Shown piece by piece: positions 9,734-21,602 of a stretch of 64,000 nucleotides of DNA. Each line of letters opens with the position of its first letter. The stretch's first letter is position 1. The DNA lies in assembly GCA_004431415.1 (NCBI GenBank), contig QPMI01000633.1, forward strand, positions 79,497-143,496, written 5' to 3'. This DNA is from Cyanophora paradoxa CCMP329. Taxonomy: Eukaryota; Plantae; Glaucophyta. Below the pieces are notes generated by a model. It was not told the DNA's origin. It ran no database searches and saw only the letters and a list, made by a program, of their open reading frames with translations. The translations under genes were made by a program, and so were the position numbers.

Positions 9734-10636
9734 ATGATTCGGCTTGTCAATGTCGATAGTAGAGATCGATTAGATGGACAGAAAGAAAATGCTTACAAGG
9801 TCTCACTTACCACACCAATAACCAGACCGCGACAGTGTCGTATCTTATATGCAGAGATTCCCAACAGCATTTATAATTCGATTGGAACCGATTATATTAT
9901 AGTTCGTTATAACATTGGTGGTTTCATCCTTAATCAGCAAGTATTCCCATTACCAAGTGGTTACATAAACCAAGGACACTTTGGAGTTACTCAACCATAT
10001 AATTACGGTTTAAACTACGAAGTTCTTGAAAATACATTCTTTAAGATATACTACAACCCGACAACATACAAGTTAGAGTTTTATAGCAGCGTTCCATTCG
10101 AAATAGCAGCGTCAAACAATAGAATCGCCAAACTACTTGGTCTGAGTTCTGCATTATTGGTAAGCCAGCAACACAATTTAGAAGATAACAGGTCTGTATT
10201 CGCTCCTGAGAATTTCTTATCGTATGCAGGAAGACCAATAACACCTGATCACCCACAATGGGGAATTACGTTTGAAGGTGTAGATCCAGTGCCGTTGCAA
10301 CACAAAGCAACAAGTCCAAAGATGGCGGATATGAACGCTGAGCAATACTTGTATATGCACATCAAAGAACTCTCTTCTTTTGCATCCAACCACAATATAG
10401 TCCCGAAATCGCAACCGCAGAACCAAGGCGCGATCTTGCGATTACAATTGAGTCAGGACATCGGAAAGTATATCTACCATAGCGGAGAGCATGGTGAATA
10501 CATAAAAATAACAGACAAAAACCTTGTTATTCGTGAATTAACAGTTGAGTTTCGTGATTATTTTGGTGATCTTGTAGATATGAATGGTATCGATAATTCG
10601 TTTCAGTTGGAGTTTGTAGCTATTGGATACGATTAA
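9734..10636 (+). CDS. Minor capsid protein (penton) 2
   Basis: VDSRDR, AEIPNSIYN, YLYMHIKEL, LTVEFRDYFGDLVDMNG.DNSFQLEF. Confidence 0.82.
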   Translation: MIRLVNVDSRDRLDGQKENAYKVSLTTPITRPRQCRILYAEIPNSIYNSIGTDYIIVRYNIGGFILNQQVFPLPSGYINQGHFGVTQPYNYGLNYEVLENTFFKIYYNPTTYKLEFYSSVPFEIAASNNRIAKLLGLSSALLVSQQHNLEDNRSVFAPENFLSYAGRPITPDHPQWGITFEGVDPVPLQHKATSPKMADMNAEQYLYMHIKELSSFASNHNIVPKSQPQNQGAILRLQLSQDIGKYIYHSGEHGEYIKITDKNLVIRELTVEFRDYFGDLVDMNGIDNSFQLEFVAIGYD

Positions 10637-11237
10637 CTATTGGGATATATGGTTTGAAGATATCAGCGACAACACCATTCTGATCCTCTGTATACCATCT
10701 GTTGTTTTCGCGAACCCAACGAGCGCCATTTTGTTTAAGGTATTTACGTAGAGTCGCTCGGTTCACAATCTTCCATCCATGCTCTTCAAACTTAGCATGA
10801 TAAGCACGAAGATCTCTTGGAATGTGGAAATAGTAACGTTCACGATGTTCTTCTTGTCCATAGCATATCCCAATTGCATCAATTACGTCTTCGTGAGTCT
10901 TTGTAGTGTTGAAAAGAAGATCATGAAAATTAACAACAACGATGAAATCAAGTTCAGCATTACGCACTTGATTAAGATGGCTAAACTTACCATGATCGTT
11001 ATAATTCACATGATTATAGAAGAACCGATCATCGCGAGTTCTCGCACAAATCCGATCAGAATTTCTTGGAAAATAACCAAAACAAACCATTTGATCCATT
11101 CCAGGATAAGAGTATGTCCCAATCTTTTGATGCAATAACTCAATAGTTTCGGCAAGATCAAGGATATCCTTCACGCCAAATCGCATTTCAGCAATCGGAA
11201 CCGAGAAGATTGGCTCACCTTCGAAGAGATACGCCAT
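10620..11237 (-). CDS. Hypothetical viral protein (205 aa)
   Basis: Long ORF; upstream GAGAAAATCTTTTACC shared with the 5191 gene, plus CAAAAAATGA. Confidence 0.7.
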   Translation of the reverse strand: MAYLFEGEPIFSVPIAEMRFGVKDILDLAETIELLHQKIGTYSYPGMDQMVCFGYFPRNSDRICARTRDDRFFYNHVNYNDHGKFSHLNQVRNAELDFIVVVNFHDLLFNTTKTHEDVIDAIGICYGQEEHRERYYFHIPRDLRAYHAKFEEHGWKIVNRATLRKYLKQNGARWVRENNRWYTEDQNGVVADIFKPYIPIVNRIQ

Positions 11238-11460
11238 GACACTGAATTACGTCTGAGAAAATCTTTTACCCGTTTTACTCTATACTATCGCTTCTTCCTT
11301 AAATCATTTTGGGTTGCCCACAAGCATCATTTTTTGAAAGTAAGACCTCCGTAATATCTAAATTGATAGATGAGAGAATAACAGAGATCTTTTCAGGGTT
11401 GGAGAAAGCGGAGAAGCAGATAGCAGCGCGATTTCCGAGTTAATCACACTGTTAATGGTT

Positions 11461-11845
11461 TGGTAGGCACTTTATATTTCTCAGATAATGAAAGTGAATA
11501 TATCATATCTCTATGATTCATAGATGTCTTACTGAATATCGTTTGGTAGGCACTTTTTAATTGAAGTTAGGCACTTTTAATTGACGTTAGGCACTTTTAA
11601 TTGACGTTAGGCACTTAGGCACCTTTTCTGGAAACTCTCTATAAAAAATAAAATCAACGTTTTGAAAAACACAAGTTGATGTATTTGGGACTTCTTTTTA
11701 ATTCTCGATAAGGAAGTGCCTAACGCGCCTACGCTGCCTACCGCGATTAAAAAAAGTGCCTACTTCGATTAACCCGCTCCATTTCAGTAGCCCGTTTTAT
11801 ATCTAAATGATATCCGCCGATCACGATAAAAAAGTGCCTAACCGT
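11461..11845. repeat. Subterminal inverted copy of origin-like module A with extra iterons
   Basis: ~11559-11724 is a near-identical reverse complement of ~2116-2280; several TAGGCAC / GTGCCTA copies. Confidence 0.88.
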
Positions 11846-11860
11846 TTTCATCTCAGCGAA

Positions 11861-12273
11861 ATCTCATCGATTGTTTAATTGGACATAATGCTGTAACCAT
11901 CTCTTCCAACAAAATTACATCGATTAATTCAATTGAGATTGATACACCTAAGATACAATGTTTTTACAGTAAAAAACAGAATCCAATCTTATCAATTGTT
12001 TAATTGGACATAATGCAACTCTGGGGTCATTTTCGATACAGTAAAAAGCTTACCCGAATCTCATCGATTGTTTAATTGGACCTGATGCAGTAACCATCTC
12101 TTCCAACAAAATACGCCGCAATCTCAACGATTGTTTAATTGGACATAATGCAGTAACGAGTGAATTATTTTCATCCGATATTTCATCGATTGTTTAATTG
12201 GACATAATGCAGTAACCATCTCTTCCAACAAAATATGCCGCAATCTCATCGATTGTTTAATTGGACATAATGC
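11861..12273 (+). repeat. Subterminal array of six 31-bp repeats (ATCTCATCGATTGTTTAATTGGACATAATGC) with 28-94 bp spacers
   Basis: Copies at 11861, 11986, 12058, 12121, 12180, 12243. Confidence 0.9.
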
Positions 12274-12624
12274 AACTCTGTGTGAATTTTTGCGTTTTAC
12301 GATAGAATGGGCGGTGGACTACTTCAATCGTGATTATATCATAAATTTATGTTCCTTCAATCGAGATTATATCGAATTTGCATAAAATACATATTAATCG
12401 CGTTTATATCAATCGCAAAATACGTATTTTACATTTAAATACAAATTAATCGCGTTTATATCATTGAATCAATTGAGAAATACGTAATTTATCAAAACTT
12501 TATATAAATTTCATAAAATCATAATTTAATTGATATTATACCAATTAATTTAATCGAATTTATTTAAATTTAATTGATTTTATTAAACATTTTGATTTAT
12601 TTTTTAAATATTTTCGATTAATTT

Positions 12625-12709
12625 ACACATAAAGAAATACAAATTTAAATCCAGGAGCGAAGCGCGAAGCGCGAAGCGGAGGGATTTAAATTTGTATTTC
12701 TTTATGTGT
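12625..12709 (+). repeat. Terminal hairpin of PLV-A: 28-bp perfect stem, 29-nt loop with (GCGAAGC)x3
   Basis: 12625-12652 ACACATAAAGAAATACAAATTTAAATCC is the exact reverse complement of 12682-12709. Confidence 0.95.
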
Positions 12710-15700
12710 CCACAATCACAGCGTGCTCTCTTCATCAGAGCAGATCCTTGCGGGGCTCGGGAGGCGCCCTGGCCAGCGACGGCGGGTCAATTTCTCTCAG
12801 CTCCTCGGACCTGTCGCACTCGTCGGCTAGCGCTGGCTGGGGCGGCGCACTTCGCGCATCAAACGGCCTTCTCCAGGCGACGGATGTTCAGATGCAGTCC
12901 AGTTCGGCTGCCGCGGGCGGTGGTTCCCTGTTTCTCAGCAACACGACCGCTTTCCTTATCCGGTGCGTCTCGCCTGCAATTGCTACTGCTGTCGCGGTGG
13001 TTTACTAAAAGTACGCGTCGTCTAACCCCCAATCGCAAATAGCATCTCGGTGGCAAACAGCTCGGCTGACTATGGAGGATGCATCGCGATCGAAGGCGAA
13101 AAGGGCGAGCGAAACATGTGCAGCGTCGCAATCGCTGAAACATCGGGGGCGAAGTGCACGGCGCGCGCGGGGAGCGGCGGCGCTCTGAACGTCGTCCGCT
13201 GCAGCGTTGTTGTCGAAGACACAGACTTCTCAGGCGGTGTCGCATGGGGCCCGGGAGGCATCGCCCACGTAGACTCGAGCAAGGCGCACTTGCAGCGCTG
13301 CAAGCTTGACGGCGGCAGGGCAGGCGCCACGGGCGGCGCCATCATGGCATCCTCCTCGACCCTTCAGGTCGAGGGCGGCAGCATGGTCAGAGGGTCAGCA
13401 GAACTCGGAGGCGGGGCCGTTCACTTGCGCTCCACCGTTGCATCTTTCGCCAGGTACAGACATATGGGTAGAGTTTCTGTTCCTTCAGATCTGAGTGGTT
13501 TTGACACTGACGGCAGTCTTTCTATGGCTGAAGCTTCTGCCCAAGGAGGCTCTGGAGGCGCCGCTCTCGTTGAGGGTGGCTCAGCCCAATTCTCAGGTAT
13601 CAACATGCGGGACTCACGCTCGGCGGCTTTCGGGGGGGCCATTCGGGCTGTCAGTGCCGAGGTTTCCGTCGCCGACTCGACGCTCAATGCATGCTCTGCC
13701 AGTTTGAACGGGGGTGCGTTGTCAGCAGAAACCTCCATTGTGGCCGTTTCCAAGTACGTGCACGCGGCGCCAGCTTGGCTTTTTGGTTTTGTAGTTCGTG
13801 CTTTAACATTGTGTCTGATATAAACCATTGTCCAGCTCTGCGCTTGACAAATCTTCTTCGACGGGCGGCTCAGGAGGCTGCGTGTCAGCCACAAGCGGCT
13901 CTCTCAGCGTGAACGGGTCGACGTTGACGAGGTGCTCGGCGCCCAGCGGGGATGGTGGCGCCGTCCATGCAGTCACCACTCTCGTCTCGTTGCGACGTTG
14001 TAATCTCGATCACGGCTCTGCCGCTGGCACTGGCGGCTCCATCAGTGCACGTGATGGGAGCCTGACGCTGGACGACGTGTCGATCAGCGACGGCCGCTCC
14101 CGAACCGCTGGAGGCTGCCTCTATGCCCGCGGATCCTCGGTTTTTGCTGCCAACGTCGTCGCGGAGCGATGCCAGGCGGGTGCCGGAGGATGCTTAGCCT
14201 TCAATAGCGCGCCAGCGACCCTCTCAGGAGTATCACTGTCTGACTGCATGGCAACGGAGGGCGACGGGGGCTGCATCTGGTCCGTGAGCACAGCGATAGC
14301 GTTACAGGGTTCGGCGCTCACCCGCTGTCGGGCGGCCGGCTCGGGCGGCGGCGCTTTCCTCATCGCTGGCGACGCAACACTCGAAAGCTGCAATGTAACC
14401 AACTGCACAGCTGCAAACAATGGCGGAGGGTACGAAACTCGGCGTTCTTTAAACACCAAAACGTTTGCACTGACACATTTGCTTCTACGATCCGCAGTGT
14501 TTTTGCCGCAGGAGAGGGATCGACCGTTTCGAGCACCGGGAGCGCATGCCTCTTGCTCGCCAACCCGTTCCTTCCAGCTGCAGCTTCCCGCCGGCTGCTT
14601 GGCGCCGCGACCCGCAAAGTTCAACTCGTCCTGCGGCTCACCAGTCTTGAAGGGAACCAGGCCAAGCTGGACGGTGGCGCACTCTACGCCGACGGGCCTA
14701 TCGCCACCACATTGACCAATGTTTCCATCACCCGCTCTCAAGCTGGGGCGAGGGGAGGAGGTCAGCTGCAACGTTTTGAGGCGGGGTGATAATGATTTTT
14801 GAAGAGCTGCTCTTTTCTTTCCGCAGGTCTCTACGTCACCACGGCGTCGCTCTCGATGACCGGCACCATCGTCAGCGCGAACGCCGCGAGCATCGGTGGC
14901 GGCGGGTTCATCGATCTGACAACACAGGTCCTTAGGCTTATCTTTCGTGGCCAACTGCGACCCCGGGTAATCACAGACGTCTCTTCAGACCGGAGAACCC
15001 ATGGACTGCGGGGATGTGTCTCTGTCGAACTCTGCCATTCAAGCCAACTCTGCAGGGAAGGGTGCGCGGGATGTCATGTCTTTTCGAAGAAACCGGCACG
15101 TTTAGATAATCTTGCGCGCACCAGGCGCCGCGCTCGTTGTTCAAGACGCCGACCCGACCCGCTGCTCTGCCTTCGCGGACCCGACCGCTTTCTCCGACCC
15201 GAGTGGCGACGGCTCCTCGCGATCGGCGGGGCTAGCCGCCGGTCCCGGGGCCATCCTTGTGTCTCTCCTCACGCCCGAGGCGGAGAGGCAGTCTGGAGGA
15301 CTGCTCTCTTTCCGCGTTCTTCTCACTGACTCGTTCGGAACGCCCGTGAGAGACGTGCCTACGGATATATCTGTAACAGCGAAGGCTCCAGACACCGTCA
15401 CAATCAGAGGTACGCCTTTGCTATTGCCCTTGCAATAAAAAATACTCCGCATCTTTGCGAACGAAGGTACTTTGCATTTGCCGTTTACTGCCGGGCGGGG
15501 GCGGCGCAGGGACGCGAGCGGTTACCACGTCCGACGGCGAGGCTCGTATGGATGGCGTCCAAGTAATCGCACAGCCGGGCGAGATGCATGTGCTGCTTTT
15601 CGTAGCCAGCATCCCGTTTCGCCCATACACGCTCCAAGTACCCCTCACGCTGCGCGCCTGTGTTTCTGGAGAAGTTCAGCTGCCGAACACTTTGGTCTGC

Positions 15701-18700
15701 CAGCGCTGCCCGCCAAGTACGGTGGCGCCTCGCAACATGTCGACCAGGGGCGCCGAGTGCCTGCCCTGCAGCGAGGTGCTTTTTATTGAATATTAAACGT
15801 ATATGAGAGCAGAGCTGCCCTAAATCTTTCGCATCGCCATTTTAACCCATCATGCAATCAATATTAGGGAGCGATCTGTCCTGGAGGGGACGTCATCTAT
15901 CCGAAGGACGGTCATTGGAACTTTCCCGGCGCCTACCGACTGATGCTGCCTTGTCCGGAGGCTGGAAATTGTGTCGGAGGCCCTGATCGCGGCAGCGAGT
16001 GCAAAGCTGGCCACTCGGGCCCTTTGTGCACAATCTGCGCCCCAGGCTACGGGAGGATCAGCAAGTACGGCTGTGCCAAGTGCCCCAGCCCAGCCGTCAA
16101 TTACGTGAGTTTGAGTGCCGCATGCTTCGCGTGCCTCCATTGCAACCGCTGCTAATGCACTGCAGACGCTGATGGGACTTGCCTGCACGATCGCAATCGC
16201 TATTACGGGCATTCTTGTGGCATTCAACGCGCGTTCCATCAAGCGGGGCTCCTCTAGAAAGCCTTCGCGCCTTACATCGATCGCGAAAGTGTTCATGAGC
16301 TACGCACAAGTGCTCGCAGTGGCTAGGTGACTTCTGAAACCTTGTTTATACAGGACTTCGAAAGGCCGCGGTTCCCTAATGCCGCGGCCGGGTCGCAGGG
16401 ACTTCAACCTTCGCTGGCCCACACAGCTTCTTTCGATCTTCAATGCCCAGGTTTGTATCCATCATAATTATCTCAATGCCCAGCTACGTATACCCCTGCC
16501 GCTTCTAAAGAGCATACCGACGCTGCCTCCAGACTGTTATCTCTTCTCCAACCGATCTGATCGTCTCCGTCGAGTGCTTTACTATCGACAAGATTCATTG
16601 GAGTCCTTTCATCGCTCGCATAGTTGGGTGCGTGTCGCAGTGTTCTGCCGTCGGTCGTCTGCTGCTTTCAATGTCTTGACGAGGATTAAATCTAAACCAG
16701 CTACGCGAGCCTCCCCATCGTCTCCGTTGCTGTCGCGGCCTTCGTGTTTGCCATCTGGCATTTTGTGTGGCGGTTCGTCTCTGTACGACAGACAGAATTG
16801 TGGGGATAATTTTCAATACAGGTGGAGAAACGGGGGGAAGGTGAACGCCGAAGCTCCTGCGCGGCCGCGGCAAGCCTCGCTTCAGGGCCTGAAACGAGAG
16901 ACCCCGTACCACGGACACTACGATGACCCCGATATCGATCTCGGTCGAGCATCCCCGGCGCCGCCGCCGAAGGTCGCTCGGGCATGGGAGGCCAACGTTG
17001 CCGCGGCCTTCGCAGCCGCGGCCGCCGGCGACAGCGGCGGCAGTAAATTCGACGATGATATTTACGATCGCCTGAGCGACGTCCACTCGGTTGCATTTCC
17101 CCCGCTCTCGCAGAAGGGCTCTGTAGTCGGCGTCTCCGAGGTCGCCTTGAGCACCAAAGTTCGTCTCTCTCTTGATTCGCATCGCGCCTTCCATGCAACC
17201 CTGACGCGTCTTCTGTGCAGACATCTGTGGCCCGGGGCGAGTCTCACGGTCTCGTGGAGACCTTCTCGCAATCGGCGGCGTTCGACCGGGAGGAAGACGC
17301 CGACGCCGACGCGCTCTCCGCAGTCGCGTCCTCGGCCTTCCTCGCCACGCGCCGCGCGCGCTTCGGGGAGGCCGCGGCCGGTGCTCGGCGCGGCGCCCCC
17401 TCGATCGTCGAGGAGGAATTCGAAGAGGAAGAGGATCCAGAGGACGCGGACGAGGATCTCGTGGCGGTGGACGAGCGCCGGCGGCCCGGCGGCCGCGGCG
17501 CGCGCGCGAGGCGCGACGAGGCCGGCGACGGCGACGGCGACGAGGACGTGTGCTCGCAGGCCGACACGGGCGCAACGATCTCCGACCTCCCCCACGCGCA
17601 CCACCTCCGCGACCTTTTCATTCTCACCTGCATCGTCGCCCTCTTCCTCGTGCGCCCTTCGAGATCGATATCGCTCTGCTCCCGATCGTCGCGCTTGCAG
17701 GACTGATTCCTCTCTTTCGCTCGCGCAGGCGCACCCCATCATCTCGCGGCAAATCTTCCTTCTGTACGCCTGCACGTGAGTTCTCACAGACCTGGCCCGC
17801 CATACACATGCATCAAGGCGTGGGCTTGAGATTGCAGTTGCATCCACACTGACATGAACACAGAGACCTGGGTCCGACTCGGGTTCTGGACCAGGAGATG
17901 TGCGTGCACATGCCGAGCGCCTGCACGCGTACGGCGCCGTACCGCGTGCCTCGTTGCTGACAGACTCTGCGCCAGGCGGATGCAGTGCTGGAGTGGCGAG
18001 CACGCGCTCTGGAGCGCAACGCTGGGCGCTGCCGCGACGGCCCTCTGGGTCTTCGGGATCCCCCTCGTCGCCTTTCTTCTCCTCGTGAGCCTGCGGCGCC
18101 TATGGCCGACACGCGCTGGCCGCGCGCGCGACCCCCGCTGACGTGTAAAGCAGACGCGCAACCGACACAGCCTGAGCGACCGACGCGTCCTTCTTCGCTA
18201 CGGGTTCTTGCTTCGGTGAATACAAGACCCGCCGGGCCGTAACGCCGATGGGCGAATTCGTCGTGGATTTTTATCTTCTCACTTGTTCGTCACGCGCAGA
18301 GGCTACAAGCGCTCTCGGTACTACTGGGAGGAGGTTCGAGTTCAACTCCACGGGCATCTCGAGCTCTGTTCTTCGCTGATTCCCTCGTCCGATTCTAGGT
18401 CATCATCCTACGGAAACTCGCCTTCATTTTCGTCGCGTCGTTTTTTGCCTCGCGTCCCGTGGTGCAGGGCCTTTTGGGAACGGGTGTCCTTGTTATCGGT
18501 ACGCCGTGTCAGCTTGCGGATGCGATCTCAAGCGCTGCCGCCAATATTTGATCGCAGCGCTTGTTGCCAACGTGGCGCTGAGGCCTTACACAATTCACCT
18601 CTTGGTGACGATCCTTTGTTTCTTGTTTGGGTGCTCGGAAGCGGGCGAAATGTAAGCTTACACTGCGTCGTCTCAGAACGTGCTCGACTCTGCGGCGCTG

Positions 18701-20038
18701 GTCGCCTCCGTCCTGACGGCGAGCGTCCCCCCCGCGTGCGCGTACCGCTTGCGATCGCTGAGGCGGGGCGCAGCTGTACGCGGGCCTGCTGCTCTACACG
18801 GGCGTCAGCGAGACGGACTCGGCGGCGACGACCTGGATCATCATCCTCGCCAACGCCGCCTTCCTCCTCTTCTGGCTCGCCGCCATCCTCTGGGAGATCT
18901 TCCGCACCGCCCTCTCCCACACCCGCCGCCGCTACTCCCACCTCCCCGTCATGCGCCTCGCCGACCGCCTCAACGAGCGCATCCAGAACATCTCCGCCGT
19001 CCGCGCCTGGGTCCGTGCACGCTTTGATCTGTTCAATTAGAATTCCGGTCGCGGCGGCGACGTCGTTGACTTCCCGCGCCTTGCAAATTGCAGCTCGAGG
19101 CGGCCGATGACGGAGAGGTCGAGAAGCCGCGCAGAGCGGCGGACGCGGATCGGGAGACCGACGTCGATGCTTCGGATCCCGACCGCGATCGCCCGCCGCC
19201 GCCTGCAGCTCGGACAGCAGCGGCGGACGGCACGACGGCGGGCGGCGGCGCCCCTCTGAATTCGGACGCACATGCGCAGCGCCTTCCCCTCGCTGTCGAT
19301 CCCAAGGACTACCTTCAGCAGGGGTACGACGTCACCGAGCATTCGGATGAGCCGAACAGCGGATGGCCAAGCAGGCGGGGCGGCCGCGGGTCCATCCCCG
19401 AGGCCGATCGGGATGTCGATCAAGCCACCTTCAAGCTGGCAATGCACCGCGCGGGGTCTGGAGGGGCTCGCGACCGCGATCGCCTGCCGCGAGAACAGAA
19501 CCCCCCGCACTTCATATCTCTCACGGCACGCGCGGATCCGCCGCTAACGGCACTCCCGCGATCCATCTCGGGGGCCGACCGGCCGCACTCGGCCGGCGCG
19601 CTCTCTTCTTGCCGGCGGACCTCGTCCCCGCTCATCGGCGTGCGCGTGGGGCCGTCGCGATCGGGGCACTCTCCAAGCGCACTGGCGCGCACGGACCAGG
19701 AGGCGGGACGCAGGGACGGCGTCGGCGGCTCGAGCTGGGCGCACCGCCGCGCCTCCCTCCCCTCGGACGCCCCTTGGGCCAGCAAGGGCCTAGACATCGA
19801 CCTGCCACGGCCGATCGCGAGCACCATGGCTGCATTTGCAGCGCAGCGCCACCAACACTCGGGCTCCCCGCGGGCCCCTGCCTCGCCCCTCCCTCTCGGC
19901 CACGACCCCCGCGACGACCCTTGCGAGATCAGTCGGTCCTCGAGCCCCGACCGGTCTGTCGTCATCACGTCCCCTCCGAATGCTCAGCTGCAGGCGACGC
20001 GCGACGACCTGAGCCCAGTGAAAGTAGTGGAGATATAG
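12710..20038 (+). CDS. Host multi-exon membrane protein: PbH1/polymorphic-membrane-protein-like GGA repeats, Cys-rich linker, multi-pass C-terminal region; 5' part cut off by PLV-A
   Basis: Repeated GGA(L/I/V) motifs in successive ORFs; CKAGHSGPLCTICAPGY; hydrophobic exons; GYKRSRYYWEE; separated by short introns. Confidence 0.75.
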
Positions 20039-21260
20039 TTCACGAAATAAATTTAGTGAAATCGATGTTCATTGCGACTATTACAGGCCAGCTAGCTATA
20101 TATATAGGCCTTTGCGATCGCTGTATCCGCACTACTACTGCAGTCGTCGCTCTTCTTTTCAATTTTCGATCAAGTTAGGTCTAGGTCTAGCTATAGGCCT
20201 TGGAGTCCTAGGCCGCCCGGGCCTAGCAATGTGCGACGGTGTCGCTTAGCTCCAGGATTGAGAAAAGTTGTTGTTGTTGTTTTTTCTTCAATTTTTGGCA
20301 CGTATCAGCTGGGCCGCTGCAGCTGGCCATGGCCATGGGGGCCAAGCTTTTTTAAGGGCCCGTTATGATTTTCGTCAACCGTCCTGCTATTTCGATTCGT
20401 TAAGTTAAAGAGCTAGCTACAACATCCCACACATCGATACCCTTTCGATACGTATACCCAAACATCCCACGCAGCATGTCACCATATGCGCATGCATGGC
20501 CTCGTGCACCTTGGCCGCTCAGATCTAGCTCCGAGGCTCTAGATCTAAATAAACCAGGCCTAGGTCTTCGAATTCGACTCGCCCCCGCGCCGGCGCCCGC
20601 GCCCTGCTCGTCTCAGGATATCGATGTGCAAGGCGGAGTCTTAGCAAACAGAAACGGCAGCTGCACGCGCAGGCTGCAGCCAGTGCTCGCTAGGCGTAGG
20701 CGCAGGCCCGCGGCCGCCACGAAATCGAGCTCGAATTTGAAAAGAACACAAAGGCCCGCGAGCCTCGCCGCCACCTGCCGCGCCCCCCGCCCCGCCCCGC
20801 GAGCCGCGCCGGGGCCGCCGCCCACCGCGCCCATGGCCAGGCCTCCGCCCGCCCGGCGAGCTGCCAGGCTGCGGCGCCGCCCGCCGCGCCCAGGCCTCCG
20901 CCCCGCCCGGCGAGCCGCCCCGCCGCCCACCGCGCGCGCCTCCGCCCGGCGAGACGTGCCGCCGCCCGCCGCGTCCCCGCCACGGCCGGATAGCCGCGCC
21001 GCCGCCCTCCGCGCTGCCGCTCTGTGCGGCGATCGCGAGCCTCGCCGCCCGCCGCGTCTTCGGATCCGTCCCGCGCGACCCAGTCGCGTCGCGTCGCGTG
21101 CCCGCGCGCCGCGGCAGCTGTCAATATTACTGAGCTTGTTGCCGGCTGCATAGCGTCCTCGCTCTCGCTGGATCGCAGGCTTGATTGCAGCTGGCGGCCG
21201 CCGCGTGGCGCGTAGGGCTATTTAATTTCTATAGCTAGCGCTAGCGGATGCGCTCGGTTA

Positions 21261-21602
21261 ACGGAAAGGCAGGCCGAGAAAGTTCAGCTCGTGGCCCTGA
21301 CGCACCGGGTGGAGATTCGCATCAAAAAGATCCTCGAATGATGAGTGGTAGGAGGGCTGGAAGAGGGACCTGCGTGCGCGGTCAGAACCTCGGAATCAGA
21401 AGCAGAGAGCGCGGCGATCCGACAGACCTGATTTCGTCTGGATCAAGATTCGCGGCGAGCCTGGCCTTAAGCAACTCCTCATTAAGGAACCTCTGGAAGC
21501 GTCTGCAGGGCGTCAGCGTGCCCAGCGCGCGGGGCCCGCAACCGCGCACCGGCTCCCTGGACGCCCTGCGGCTCGGAGATCAGGAAATCAAGAAGAATGT
21601 GA
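21261..21602. repeat. 342-bp direct duplicate of 24658-24999 (exon/intron fragment of a minus-strand gene)
   Basis: Near-identical sequence; one mismatch seen. Confidence 0.92.

Larger units (their letters stand above)
1..12709. mobile_element. Endogenous Polinton-like virus A (right part; left end outside window)
   Basis: AT-rich, intronless, gene-dense block with pPolB, primase-helicase, ATPase, MCP and mCPs; abrupt switch to GC-rich host DNA right after the terminal hairpin ending at 12709. Confidence 0.93.

Noticed and set aside
11861-12273. CRISPR array
   Set aside because: No cas genes in the window, spacers vary from 28 to 94 bp and recur, and the array is part of a viral terminal region; kept as a repeat finding
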